Made by a program: the position numbers and the translations under genes. DNA of 64,000 nt from Candidatus Nomurabacteria bacterium. GTDB taxonomy: Bacteria; Patescibacteriota; Minisyncoccia; Phycocordibacterales; CAIZLB01. Below the pieces are notes generated by a model, which was given only the letters and a program-made list of their open reading frames with translations, searched no databases and was not told the DNA's origin. Shown in pieces: positions 39,885-50,478 of the stretch. The stretch is taken from NCBI GenBank assembly GCA_943356525.1, contig CALRFG010000006.1:4024-68023 (forward strand), in the 5' to 3' direction. The first letter of the stretch is position 1; each line of letters starts with the position of its first letter.

Positions 39885-39921
39885 GCGGAGTATTATAACA
39901 TGTATTTTAAAGAGATAATAT

Positions 39922-41226
39922 ATGAATAAACTTAAACAAAGGATAAAAGAAAAATGGGGTGAGGCTGGGTTTCAGAGGTATTTTCGGAATACGGGGTGGA
40001 TGTTTGGAGCTAGAGTGTTGACACTTTTAATTAATCTTTTTGTAAGTATATTCATAGCCAAACAGCTTGGACCAGAACAGTATGGTACTTTTTCTTTTAT
40101 AATAAGTTTTGTGAGTATTGCAGGTTTTACCCTATTTGCAATTGATTCACTTGTAATGAAGAGGCTAAATGAAGATAAAGATAGTACTGATAAGATATTA
40201 GGTTCAGCTCTTGCTATAAAGTTTGTAAATAGTTTATTTACCATAACCACAGCAACACTCGCAGGTTTAATTTTTGCAAATACATCAACTACAGTATTGA
40301 TGATATTTGTATATTCAACCTTTACAATATTTCAATCTTTTGGGGTTATAGATTTTTACTTTAAAATAAATGTACAAAATAAACCAATATCAATATTGAG
40401 TATTGTAGTAGTATCACTTTCATCTGTAATCAAGATCGGGATATTATACTATAATCTACCTTTGGTATACCTATTGTTATCTTATGTATTAGATCATATT
40501 ATAGGTGCAATTGGATATATATATTTATACAAAAAATACGTTGGTAGTATTTTCAATTTTAGTGTAGAAAAAAATATTGTAAAAGGTTTAATAATAAAAT
40601 CCTGGCCTTTAACCATATCAGCATTGGCAACCACTATATATATAAGAATTGACCAGATTTTTATAAAAGTTTTACTTGGATCAGAATCACTGGGTTTATA
40701 TGCAATAGCAGTAAGATTCTCGGAAGTATGGTTTATTATATCCGAAGTAATGTGTCTTTCTTTATTGCCTGCAATACTAAATGCAGAAAAAACTAATAAT
40801 GAATTATTTTTAAGCAGAAGTAAGAGGTTGTATAGCCTGTTGTTTTATTCAGCAATAGGTGTATGTATAATAATGTATGTAATTTCACCTATACTTATAA
40901 ATACACTGTACGGTGAAGCCTATAGTCAAAGTGTAAATATCCTGAGACTATATATATGGTCTATAGTAGGATTTTTTATAGCAACAGCTTTAAATCAGTT
41001 TTTGTTTGCCAAAGGTAAACTTAAAACCATTCTTTTTATGAATATCATAGGAATGTCTTTAAGTGTTGCGCTTAACTATATTTTGATACCCATTTTAGGA
41101 ATACAGGGTGCTATTTTGGCAAATATAGTTGCATATACATTGCCATTTATAATAATATTATCTTTAAAAAACATGAGAGAGCAAAGAATTACATTTATCA
41201 AAGCTGTAGTAAACCCTTTTACTTAA
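39922..41226 (+). CDS. Wzx-type polysaccharide flippase
   Basis: NTGWMF, LGPEQYG, IYIRIDQIFI, LGLYAIAVRFSE; many TM helices. Confidence 0.9.
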   Translation: MNKLKQRIKEKWGEAGFQRYFRNTGWMFGARVLTLLINLFVSIFIAKQLGPEQYGTFSFIISFVSIAGFTLFAIDSLVMKRLNEDKDSTDKILGSALAIKFVNSLFTITTATLAGLIFANTSTTVLMIFVYSTFTIFQSFGVIDFYFKINVQNKPISILSIVVVSLSSVIKIGILYYNLPLVYLLLSYVLDHIIGAIGYIYLYKKYVGSIFNFSVEKNIVKGLIIKSWPLTISALATTIYIRIDQIFIKVLLGSESLGLYAIAVRFSEVWFIISEVMCLSLLPAILNAEKTNNELFLSRSKRLYSLLFYSAIGVCIIMYVISPILINTLYGEAYSQSVNILRLYIWSIVGFFIATALNQFLFAKGKLKTILFMNIIGMSLSVALNYILIPILGIQGAILANIVAYTLPFIIILSLKNMREQRITFIKAVVNPFT

Positions 41227-41229
41227 AAT

Positions 41230-42297
41230 ATGGACAAAAATAAAAACAAAAAAGTTGTTTCCATAATATGGGGTTATCATACCCACATGTACAACCTTGC
41301 GCCTGAAGAAAATTATCATTTACATTTTTTAAAAGTAGCCAAAGAATCAGGTTTCAAGCCTTACGCTATAGTCAAAGGATCTAAAGAAAATATGGAAAAT
41401 GATCCTAACTTTGACAAAGATATAGAGGTTATTGATTATAAAAATATCTTTCAGTTTTTATTCTTAATCATAAAATTTTCATTTCAAAATACTCTGTTTT
41501 ATGTAAATAGTTACGAGTGGCAGTCTTTCATGGTTCCCTTTATAGCCAAAAAAACCATATTCATGGCACATACACAACCAAAAAGACAAACCGAGAAAAA
41601 ACAAATGATTCAAAACTTTGTTTATAGATTTTTTACAGCAATAAGATTAAACAATGACACAGAAAAAGATTTTTTGTTAGAACAAGGAACTGATGAAAAA
41701 AAACTGCATGTTGTACCCCTTGTGGTTTCGCAAAGTGTTTTTAAACTTACAAATACTGATATAGGCACAAGAAAGGATTTGGTGTATTTTGGTAACGTTA
41801 CAGAGAAAAAAAATTTACCTACAATATTAAAAGCTTTTGAATTAGTAAAAGAAAAATACCCTGAGATTAAGTTGAATATTATTGGTAAGATACATGATGA
41901 ATCAATCAATGAAGCTATAGATAAATCAGTATTCAAAAAAGATATAGTAAGGTATGGTTTTTTACCTAACAGTACCCTGATTGATGAGATGAATAGAAAT
42001 TTAATATATTTAAATTCATCATTAGATGAAGGTCAATGTGTGGCAGTGTATGACGCAGCTTTGTGTGGATGTGTTCTTTGTTTGCCTAACATAATGTCTT
42101 TTATTGGAGTTTTTAAAGATGTAGCCTTATTTCATGATATATATGACCATGAAAAACTAGCTGAGAACATATTATTTTACGTTAATAACCCTGATATAAT
42201 AAAAAATTATAATAATAAATGTATTAATATGATAAAAAAAGATTATTCCATAGATAGAGTAGAAAATAAATTAACAACACTATTGTCAAAATTTTAA
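41230..42297 (+). CDS. Glycosyltransferase family 4
   Basis: YFGNVTEKKNL, SSLDEGQCVAVYDAALCG (variant of the EX7E motif). Confidence 0.8.
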   Translation: MDKNKNKKVVSIIWGYHTHMYNLAPEENYHLHFLKVAKESGFKPYAIVKGSKENMENDPNFDKDIEVIDYKNIFQFLFLIIKFSFQNTLFYVNSYEWQSFMVPFIAKKTIFMAHTQPKRQTEKKQMIQNFVYRFFTAIRLNNDTEKDFLLEQGTDEKKLHVVPLVVSQSVFKLTNTDIGTRKDLVYFGNVTEKKNLPTILKAFELVKEKYPEIKLNIIGKIHDESINEAIDKSVFKKDIVRYGFLPNSTLIDEMNRNLIYLNSSLDEGQCVAVYDAALCGCVLCLPNIMSFIGVFKDVALFHDIYDHEKLAENILFYVNNPDIIKNYNNKCINMIKKDYSIDRVENKLTTLLSKF

Positions 42298-42306
42298 AAT
42301 TAAAAT

Positions 42307-43233
42307 ATGAATAAATTAATATTTAATATCAAAAAAATACTTAAACCTGTATTAAGAAAAATTTCAAATAAAAAAATAAGAGGTGTTTTTATAAATATAA
42401 ATGATCAATTTAATAAACACACATATAATAGTAAAGTTATATTGAAATACTTTGATCAATTTAATTTGAAAGAAATTGATCCTGAAAAATTAGAAGTAAT
42501 AAACTTTTTAAGAAATAATAAGATAAATCTCTTTCCTTATGATTTCATAAAAAAATACAATAGTTCCGATATAAAAATATTCGACGGAGAAAATGGATTA
42601 AAATACGGCCTGTCTAATAATAAAAAAATCTTCTTTAAGAGAAGTTGTTCAGAAAATGAGGCTCAACAGATATTATCTGCTTTAAATTTAGAACAAGACA
42701 ATGAGTCACCTCACAGATATTTAAATGACGATTTTACTGTAGATGAAAATGATATTGTATTAGATATTGGTGCAGCTGAAGGTTATTTTTCATTATTAAT
42801 TGTTGAAAAAGTTAATAAAATTTATATTTTTGAATCAAATCCTGAATTAATAGAAGCATTAAATACCACATTTGAACCATGGAAATATAAGGTTTTTATA
42901 GTAAATAAATACGTATCAAATAAATCAGACGAAATATTCACAACAATTGATGATTTTTTTAAAGATAAAGAACCACCAACATTTCTAAAGGTTGATATTG
43001 AAGGTGCAGAGTATGATTTTATACAAGGTGCCAAAAAACTTTTATCAACAAAAAATCAAATGAAAATTATATTAGCAGCTTATCATAAACATAATGATGA
43101 AATTATACTAAACGAAGAATTAAAAAAATATGGTTTTAAAACTAATTTTTCAAAAGGCTATATGTTATCTATTTGGGATGGTGTTATAAAAGAACCTTAT
43201 TTAAGGAGAGCGTTAATACGAGCACAAAAATGA
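42307..43233 (+). CDS. FkbM family methyltransferase
   Basis: VLDIGAAEG, FLKVDIEGAE. Confidence 0.85.
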   Translation: MNKLIFNIKKILKPVLRKISNKKIRGVFININDQFNKHTYNSKVILKYFDQFNLKEIDPEKLEVINFLRNNKINLFPYDFIKKYNSSDIKIFDGENGLKYGLSNNKKIFFKRSCSENEAQQILSALNLEQDNESPHRYLNDDFTVDENDIVLDIGAAEGYFSLLIVEKVNKIYIFESNPELIEALNTTFEPWKYKVFIVNKYVSNKSDEIFTTIDDFFKDKEPPTFLKVDIEGAEYDFIQGAKKLLSTKNQMKIILAAYHKHNDEIILNEELKKYGFKTNFSKGYMLSIWDGVIKEPYLRRALIRAQK

Positions 43234-44018
43234 TTAAAAACTATATAAATGTAATAATACCAATTATCAAAATATGCAAAAACTGGCATGTAATAATTTT
43301 TAGTAAATTATTTAATTTAAAAATAAAAAACATAGAACTTAAAGATGGGGTTAAATTTAGTGTAGATGGTATAATACCTAAAGCAGATCTATCTATGCTT
43401 GTAGAAACTTGGTTTAATCACGATTACACACCTTTAGGGTTTGAGATTGGTGAAAAAGATTTAGTAATAGATATAGGTGCAAATAATGGTTTTTTTTCTA
43501 TTTTTGCAGCAAAAAAAGCCACAAGTGGACATGTTATATCTTTTGAACCTGTACCTGAATTAGTAAATAAAATCAAAACAAACATAGACTTAAATAAAAT
43601 ATCAAATATTAAACTGGAGCAATTGGCTGTTTCTAACAAAAAAGGACATATTGAGTTTTATATTTCAAAAACCCACAACGGTTGTCACAGTCTGTTTAAA
43701 AGAAGTGCTTCAGATGATAAAATCATAATCAATACAATAAAACTTGAAGATTATTGTTTTGAAAACAAGATACAAAAAATTAATCTTTTAAAAATGGACT
43801 GTGAAGGTGCTGAATATGATATTTTTAATTCCCTATCAGCAAAATTTTTAAAAAATAATATTGAAAAAATTTCAATGGAATATCATGATATTATAGGGGA
43901 GCACAAGCATGGAGAAATTATAAACCAACTAAAAAATAACGGTTTTTCAACAAAAGTTTTAGGTGATTCAAACAGTGGTTATATATATGCATTAAACGAT
44001 AATTTAATTAATAAATAA
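43230..44018 (+). CDS. FkbM family methyltransferase
   Basis: VIDIGANNG, FEP, LLKMDCEGAE, MEYH; ATGA overlap with the previous gene. Confidence 0.88.
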   Translation: MIKNYINVIIPIIKICKNWHVIIFSKLFNLKIKNIELKDGVKFSVDGIIPKADLSMLVETWFNHDYTPLGFEIGEKDLVIDIGANNGFFSIFAAKKATSGHVISFEPVPELVNKIKTNIDLNKISNIKLEQLAVSNKKGHIEFYISKTHNGCHSLFKRSASDDKIIINTIKLEDYCFENKIQKINLLKMDCEGAEYDIFNSLSAKFLKNNIEKISMEYHDIIGEHKHGEIINQLKNNGFSTKVLGDSNSGYIYALNDNLINK

Positions 44019-44019
44019 A

Positions 44020-44865
44020 ATGATATCTAAAATCTGGAATAAATCAAAAAAAATAATACCTAACAATATCCACATTTTGGTTAAAAATATATATATTAAA
44101 ATATTCTTATTAATATTTCCAAAAGGTTATTTTAAAAAATTTAATTTTTTAACTATTAAATTTTTAATAAAAGTAAATCCCAAAAACGGACCGGTAGACA
44201 ATGTTATATTATTTGATGGTGTTTTAGATGGAGAGCATTTAGAGAATATTAAAAATATTTTAAGACCGGGTGATACTTTTATTGACGTGGGTGCCAACAT
44301 TGGCCAGTATAGTTTATTTGCATCGTACTGTGTTGGTGTAAAAGGCAAAGTTATAGCATTTGAACCTGTAAAAAATATTTTTAATCAATTTAATGAGAGT
44401 ATTAAAAAAAATTATATAGATAACATAACTTTATACAACAAAGGATGTGGGGATGAAAATAAAAATATATTAATTAATAAAAAAGATGGTGACCTGGGCG
44501 GGTCTAGTATTATAGAACTTGGTTTTGGATCTAAAAAAACAACAGAATTGGTTGAAATAGTTATTTTGGATGATATTTTAATTAATGAAAATAAAGTAGA
44601 TTATATTAAAATAGATGTTGAGGGTTTTGAATATGAGGTTTTACTAGGTTTGAAAAAAACTATTGAAAAATGCAAACCTAGATTATTAATAGAGTATTCA
44701 CCTCATATATATAAGCAAAATAAACCAGAATATCGTGAATTAATTCTAAAATATCTTTTAGACTACAAATACGATATTATAGATCTATCAGATACAAAAA
44801 AAGTTGAATCAGAAAATCATTATAAAGATAAAGATATAGTAATGACTTATTTACTTTGTAAATAG
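44020..44865 (+). CDS. FkbM family methyltransferase
   Basis: FIDVGANIG, AFEP, YIKIDVEGFE. Confidence 0.9.
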   Translation: MISKIWNKSKKIIPNNIHILVKNIYIKIFLLIFPKGYFKKFNFLTIKFLIKVNPKNGPVDNVILFDGVLDGEHLENIKNILRPGDTFIDVGANIGQYSLFASYCVGVKGKVIAFEPVKNIFNQFNESIKKNYIDNITLYNKGCGDENKNILINKKDGDLGGSSIIELGFGSKKTTELVEIVILDDILINENKVDYIKIDVEGFEYEVLLGLKKTIEKCKPRLLIEYSPHIYKQNKPEYRELILKYLLDYKYDIIDLSDTKKVESENHYKDKDIVMTYLLCK

Positions 44866-44904
44866 TATAAAGCAAAACCAAATTTATTAAATAAATACAA
44901 ACTC

Positions 44905-45642
44905 ATGAATAATACACAAAATAACACAAATTTAGCATCTAAAGAATATTGGGATGCGGGTTACGGAAATTTTAAATTCTTTGCTATGCCTAAATCATAC
45001 CCTATATGTAAAGCAATATATGAGTATTTTCCGAAAACTGACAATAAAACTATATTTGAAATTGGTATATTTCCTGGCAGATTCATATATCATTTTGGTA
45101 AATTAGGTTATGAAATAAACGGTATAGATCAAACACCTTATTTAAATGAAATGATAAATTGGTTTAAAACAGAAAATTTTAAAACAGGATATTTTGACGG
45201 AGGAGATTTACTACAAATGAACACAGATAAAAAGTACGATGTAGTTTTTTCTTCTGGTTTCATTGAACATTTTGAAAATTTTCAAGATATAATAAAAATA
45301 CACGCAGATTTGACAAAGCAAGGTGGAATGATTTACATAACTGCTCCAAACTTCGCAGGATCAATACAAAAAATTTTACATAAAACCTTTGATAGAGAGA
45401 GTTTTGATAAACACAATCTCTTGGCCATGGATGTTAAAAAGTGGGAAGATGTTATAGTAAAAGAAGGTTTTGAAATAGTGAAATCTGGATATTTCGGTGG
45501 TTTTGATTTTTGGATAAGTAGTAAAAATAATAACATTTTCAAAAAAATACTAGGAAAAATATTAACAAAAATAACACTAAGATTTATACCGTCTTCGAGA
45601 ATTTATTCACCTGAAATAATATTAATAGCTAAAAAGAAATAA
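44905..45642 (+). CDS. Class I SAM-dependent methyltransferase
   Basis: FEIGIFPG, YDVVFSSGFIEHF, GGMIYITAPN. Confidence 0.82.
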   Translation: MNNTQNNTNLASKEYWDAGYGNFKFFAMPKSYPICKAIYEYFPKTDNKTIFEIGIFPGRFIYHFGKLGYEINGIDQTPYLNEMINWFKTENFKTGYFDGGDLLQMNTDKKYDVVFSSGFIEHFENFQDIIKIHADLTKQGGMIYITAPNFAGSIQKILHKTFDRESFDKHNLLAMDVKKWEDVIVKEGFEIVKSGYFGGFDFWISSKNNNIFKKILGKILTKITLRFIPSSRIYSPEIILIAKKK

Positions 45643-45646
45643 ATAT

Positions 45647-46441
45647 ATGGGAGTAGAATACAATGCATTAAAAGCTTTATCGTTAATTGAATCAAAAAAT
45701 AAATCACTAAAAGACCTAGCAACAATAGGTAGACAAAGCTTGCAAATAAAAGCTAATAAAATATCTTTTTTTAATTTATCGAAAAAAGACAAAGAGGGAT
45801 TAAATAAAGAAAAATTTGCCGATAGGTTGTTTAAGATGATCGGTTTTAATACAGTTCACTCATATGATTTTTCAAATTATGAAGACGCTGATTTTGTACA
45901 TGACATGAATACACCTATAGAAGATATACATAAAGAAAAATACGATATCGTTTTTGATGGTGGTAGTTTAGAACATATATTCAACTTCCCTATAGCTATA
46001 AAAAATTGTATGGAGATGGTTAAAACCGAAGGATATTTTATGTCAGTAACAACTTGCAATAACTTCAGTGGTCATGGTTTTTATCAATTCTCCCCTGAAT
46101 TATTTTTTAGAGTTTTTACAGAAGAAAATGGATTTGAGATGGAAGGTGTTTACATAAGTGAAAAAAATAAATGGTATAAAGTCAATGATCCAGAATCTAT
46201 AAAAAGCAGGGTAACTTTCAAAAACAACTATGAGACATATATTATAGTTATAGCTAAAAAAATAAAAATGGCTAATATATTTGAAAAAACACCACAACAA
46301 AGTGACTATGTAGAATGTTGGAAAAAAGAAGAAGAACGTAAAGAAAAAAATGTTAAAAAACTGATTAGAAAAACAAAACAAATGTATAATAAATTATTTA
46401 TAAAATACGATAAAAAGTTTTTTACAAAAATTAAAAAATAA
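45647..46441 (+). CDS. SAM-dependent methyltransferase-like protein
   Basis: HDMN, YDIVFDGGSLEHIFN, HGFYQFSPELF. Confidence 0.75.
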   Translation: MGVEYNALKALSLIESKNKSLKDLATIGRQSLQIKANKISFFNLSKKDKEGLNKEKFADRLFKMIGFNTVHSYDFSNYEDADFVHDMNTPIEDIHKEKYDIVFDGGSLEHIFNFPIAIKNCMEMVKTEGYFMSVTTCNNFSGHGFYQFSPELFFRVFTEENGFEMEGVYISEKNKWYKVNDPESIKSRVTFKNNYETYIIVIAKKIKMANIFEKTPQQSDYVECWKKEEERKEKNVKKLIRKTKQMYNKLFIKYDKKFFTKIKK

Positions 46442-46445
46442 AAAT

Positions 46446-48059
46446 ATGAAAATAGCCATTCTATATGTATGTACTGGTAAGTATGAAATCTTTTGGAAAG
46501 ATTTCTACCTAAGTGCAGAAAAATATTTTGCAACAGATGCAGAAAAGCACTATTTTGTTTTTACGGATAAAAATGAAGTTTTTGACCAAAAAAATAACCC
46601 GAGAATACACAAAATAGACCAACAGGTTTTAGGTTGGCCATATGACACCCTTAAAAGATATGAGATGTTTTCTAATCAAGGATCAGAACTTGAAAAATAT
46701 GACTATATAGTATTTTTTAATGCCAATTTGTTATTCTTAGAAAATGTTACAGCTGAAGAATTTTTACCAACAAAAGACAGTGAGGATATACTAGCTTGCT
46801 TACATCCTGTTTTTTATCAAAAAGATAAAAGAACTTATACTTATGAAAAAAATCCCCTATCCAAAGCTTATATAGATATAAATCAAAATAAAGATTTTTT
46901 CTATTATCAGGGAGCTATAAACGGTGGTAAAACAAAACCTTTTCTAGAGGTTATGAAAAAACTTCAGAAGAATATAGATGAGGATTTGGAGAAAAATATT
47001 ATATCAGTATGGTGGGACGAATCACATTGGAATAAATATTTGGATGAAAATAGACAAAATCTAAAAGTTATATCCCCTTCTTATCTATATCCAGAAAATT
47101 TTAACTTAACATTACAACCAAAATTATTTATAAGAAACAAAGATCAATTTGGTCATCTTGAAAGCATAAGAAATATAAAAATAAAATTATCCAAAACTTT
47201 ATTAAAAAATATTTACAATAGGGTTAAAAATAAAGTTACATATTCTTTGTTTAAAATATACGATAATATATTTTATAATAAAAATAATATATTTAAGTTG
47301 AAAGAGATAGTGTCAAATGATAATAGGAATATATCTGTGATAATAACATATTATAATAGACATGAGACTATACACAAAGCACTGTATCATATATTAAATG
47401 ATAATAGAGTTGATGAAATACTAATAGTGGACGACTGTTCTAAGGCTGAATCTGTAAAATACCTAGAGGAATTTATAAATAAATTAAATAATAAAAAAAT
47501 AAAACTTATAAAAAATGAGGTTAATATGGGTATGTATAAAAATAAAATATATGCTATATCTCAAGCTAAAAATGATTGGATTATATTATTGGATTCAGAT
47601 AATACTATAACCAAAAAATATCTTGACTCTATATATAATGAAAAAGATTGGGATATAAATACAATGTATTGCCCATCATTTGCATGGCCTTTAATAAATA
47701 ATGAAAGTCTTTCCAATAAAACATATACAATGAAAGACATAAAAGATGTACTTATACATGATTCTAAAGATATGAAGCACTTCTTAAATCTTGGGAATTT
47801 CTTTGTTAATAAAAATAAATTTGAAGAATCAATAAAAGATTATAAAGAATGCATACCATATGCGGCTGATTCAATATTTATAAATTATACTTGGCTATGT
47901 AATAATGGAAAATTATGTATACCCAAAAATTGTAGATATATACATAGGGTTAATTCAGATAGTACATGGAAAATAGAAAATGTTAACTCGGCTGTTAAAT
48001 TTGAAAATATAAAAAATGCAATATTAACATTAGAGACAAATCCTAAAAAGATAATCTAA
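46446..48059 (+). CDS. Fusion of a family 6 glycosyltransferase (NXN type) and a GT2 domain
   Basis: N-half: CTGKY, HYFVFTD, WPYDTLKR, FFNAN, LHP, YYQGAINGG, WDESHWNKY. C-half: SVIITYYNR, IVDDCS, LLDSD. Confidence 0.88.
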   Translation: MKIAILYVCTGKYEIFWKDFYLSAEKYFATDAEKHYFVFTDKNEVFDQKNNPRIHKIDQQVLGWPYDTLKRYEMFSNQGSELEKYDYIVFFNANLLFLENVTAEEFLPTKDSEDILACLHPVFYQKDKRTYTYEKNPLSKAYIDINQNKDFFYYQGAINGGKTKPFLEVMKKLQKNIDEDLEKNIISVWWDESHWNKYLDENRQNLKVISPSYLYPENFNLTLQPKLFIRNKDQFGHLESIRNIKIKLSKTLLKNIYNRVKNKVTYSLFKIYDNIFYNKNNIFKLKEIVSNDNRNISVIITYYNRHETIHKALYHILNDNRVDEILIVDDCSKAESVKYLEEFINKLNNKKIKLIKNEVNMGMYKNKIYAISQAKNDWIILLDSDNTITKKYLDSIYNEKDWDINTMYCPSFAWPLINNESLSNKTYTMKDIKDVLIHDSKDMKHFLNLGNFFVNKNKFEESIKDYKECIPYAADSIFINYTWLCNNGKLCIPKNCRYIHRVNSDSTWKIENVNSAVKFENIKNAILTLETNPKKII

Positions 48060-48738
48060 GTACAGCCAATACTCTCACCCACACACCGATCAATCTCATC
48101 TTAATATTACTTTTACGAGTAACTTGATTTTGATGTATACGATAATCAATCAAAAATTCTGACAAATTGTGTCCCTTGCCTATTTTTAGAATTCTAGTCC
48201 ATAATTCATAATCTTCATTGTGTTTAAAATTTTTATAAGGACCAGAAATATTTAGAGTTTTTTTTCTTAAAATAACAGATGGGTGTATAAATGGATTATG
48301 TAATATGGCATATTTTTTTATATCTTTATGATTTATTGGCGGATATTTTAATTCACCAATAATATTATTATTTTCATCTATTGTTCTAGCCCATGAGCCA
48401 CAAATTGAAACATCAACATTTTCATCCATATATTTAACTAATGTTTCAAATCTATTAAAAGCACAAATATCATCTGCATCTATACGTATAACATACTCGC
48501 CTTGAGATTCTTTTATGCCGAGATTTAAAGCCTTAACTATTCCACCATGATTTTGATTTAATATTTTTATACGATTATCATTAAAACTTTTCAAAATATC
48601 ATATGTATTATCTGTAGAACCGTCATCTATTACAATAAATTCAAAATCAAAAAAAGTCTGAGATAGGACACTTTCTATTGTTTTTCTTATATATTTATCA
48701 CCGTTATAAACTGGCATTATCACTGAGATCTTTGTCAT
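48043..48738 (-). CDS. Glycosyltransferase family 2
   Basis: ISVIMPVYN, IDDGSTD, RIDADD, EDYELW. Confidence 0.92.
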   Translation of the reverse strand: MTKISVIMPVYNGDKYIRKTIESVLSQTFFDFEFIVIDDGSTDNTYDILKSFNDNRIKILNQNHGGIVKALNLGIKESQGEYVIRIDADDICAFNRFETLVKYMDENVDVSICGSWARTIDENNNIIGELKYPPINHKDIKKYAILHNPFIHPSVILRKKTLNISGPYKNFKHNEDYELWTRILKIGKGHNLSEFLIDYRIHQNQVTRKSNIKMRLIGVWVRVLAVLRLSF

Positions 48739-48772
48739 ATTTAGATTGTATCAGATATGATATAATAGATAA

Positions 48773-49684
48773 ATGAGATTAGTTATATGGGGATTAAAAA
48801 ATGTATATCATACACATAGACATATACACAAAGCTTTTTATGAAAATACAAAGAGGCTTGGTTATGATGTTATATGGGTTGAAGATGATAAAAAGAATCA
48901 AAAGTATATAAAAACCGGAGATATTATTATAGCCTCAGAAGTGCATGGGAAAATGATACCGAAGAAAAATGTATTTGAGGATTATAATTTACCAGTGCGT
49001 AATGATATAAAATATTGTCTACATAATTATAGTGATACATTTAAAATCAAACTGGATAAAAATAATTATATAAATCTGGCTGTATATCAAAATGAGGCCG
49101 ACAAATCAGATATAAAAATAGATGAGTTGAGATATTTTAACTCAATCACAAAGACATTGTATCAACCTTGGGGTACAGATCTATTATTTAAAGATTTTAA
49201 GAAACCCATTTTCAATAAAAATAGATTTGTGTTTTGGATAGGTAGTATATGGAATAATGAACAAAATCAAGGCAATATTAAACAAATAGATGAGTTGAAA
49301 AAAGTCTTAAGTGAGAATAATCTAAAATTTAAACAGCTTAGATTTATACCTGATTTTTTAAATGTTTTTTTTATTCGCCGATCCAGAATTGCTCCTGCGA
49401 TAGCTGGGCAATATCAAGTAAATATAAATTACTTACCATGCAGAATGTTTAAAAATATATCTTACGGTCAACTCGGTATTACCAATGTACAAAAATTTTC
49501 AGATATATTGGGGGATAAATTTATTATAAATAATAATCAAAATACTGAAAGTGTAATAAATAAAGTATTAAATCTATCTAGAGAAGAATATAAAAAAGAA
49601 GTTTTGCTACAACAAGAAAAAATTAAAAATTATACATATAAAGAATCTATAGAAAATATAATACAATGCCTAAACCAACACTAA
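48773..49684 (+). CDS. Hypothetical glycosyltransferase-like protein
   Basis: HTHRHIH, PWGTDL, YLPCRMFKNISYG; embedded in the glycan locus. Confidence 0.55.
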   Translation: MRLVIWGLKNVYHTHRHIHKAFYENTKRLGYDVIWVEDDKKNQKYIKTGDIIIASEVHGKMIPKKNVFEDYNLPVRNDIKYCLHNYSDTFKIKLDKNNYINLAVYQNEADKSDIKIDELRYFNSITKTLYQPWGTDLLFKDFKKPIFNKNRFVFWIGSIWNNEQNQGNIKQIDELKKVLSENNLKFKQLRFIPDFLNVFFIRRSRIAPAIAGQYQVNINYLPCRMFKNISYGQLGITNVQKFSDILGDKFIINNNQNTESVINKVLNLSREEYKKEVLLQQEKIKNYTYKESIENIIQCLNQH

Positions 49685-50478
49685 TCTCAATCACCGGCGG
49701 TCTTGGTAATCAACTATTCCAATACGCCCATGGTCGTAAACTCGAAATCATAGATAAAAAATCGATAGTATTTAACACATCATTTTTCACAAATCCGCAT
49801 GCAAAACAGAACTCACAAAAAGATACTCCTCGCCCATTTCTCTTGGACCGATTTAACATAAATCCTCAAGCCAAATTTTCACCAAACCCCGAAAACGGCA
49901 TCATCAAAATTTTCAAAAAAATACTTTACAAAATCACAGGTAACTATCCCCTGTATCAATCTGAAAGATATTTCGCATCAATCAAAGATACAATCTTAAA
50001 AGAATTTACCCTAAAAAACCCTCTTTCAGACCAGGCTCAGAATGCATATAACAGTATCAGACTACAAACAAATTCTGTGTCTCTTCATATTCGTCGTGGT
50101 GACTATGCAAAAAATCCTCATGCACTTAAACATCATGGATTGATAGAGTTGGATTATTATAAAAAAGCAACCGAATTCATAAAAACAAAAATAAACAATC
50201 CTCTTTTTTTTATTTTCTCAGATGATATAGAATGGGTAAGAAAAAATCTTAAAATTGAAAATTGTGTTTTTATATCAAATCCTAAAATAGCCGAAACTGA
50301 AGAAATGTATCTTATGAGTCAATGTTCACATAACATAATAGCCAACTCAACTTTTTCATGGTGGGGAGCATACCTGAATCAAAACCAAGGTAAGATAGTT
50401 GTCGCCCCTAAACAATGGACAGTAAAAAAAACTGCAGACGAGTTAGAGATAATACCTAAAAACTGGATTCAGATCTAA
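49666..50478 (+). CDS. Alpha-1,2-fucosyltransferase (GT11)
   Basis: GGLGNQLFQY, SLHIRRGDY, FSDDIEW, IIANSTFSWWGAYL. Confidence 0.93.
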   Translation: MPKPTLISITGGLGNQLFQYAHGRKLEIIDKKSIVFNTSFFTNPHAKQNSQKDTPRPFLLDRFNINPQAKFSPNPENGIIKIFKKILYKITGNYPLYQSERYFASIKDTILKEFTLKNPLSDQAQNAYNSIRLQTNSVSLHIRRGDYAKNPHALKHHGLIELDYYKKATEFIKTKINNPLFFIFSDDIEWVRKNLKIENCVFISNPKIAETEEMYLMSQCSHNIIANSTFSWWGAYLNQNQGKIVVAPKQWTVKKTADELEIIPKNWIQI

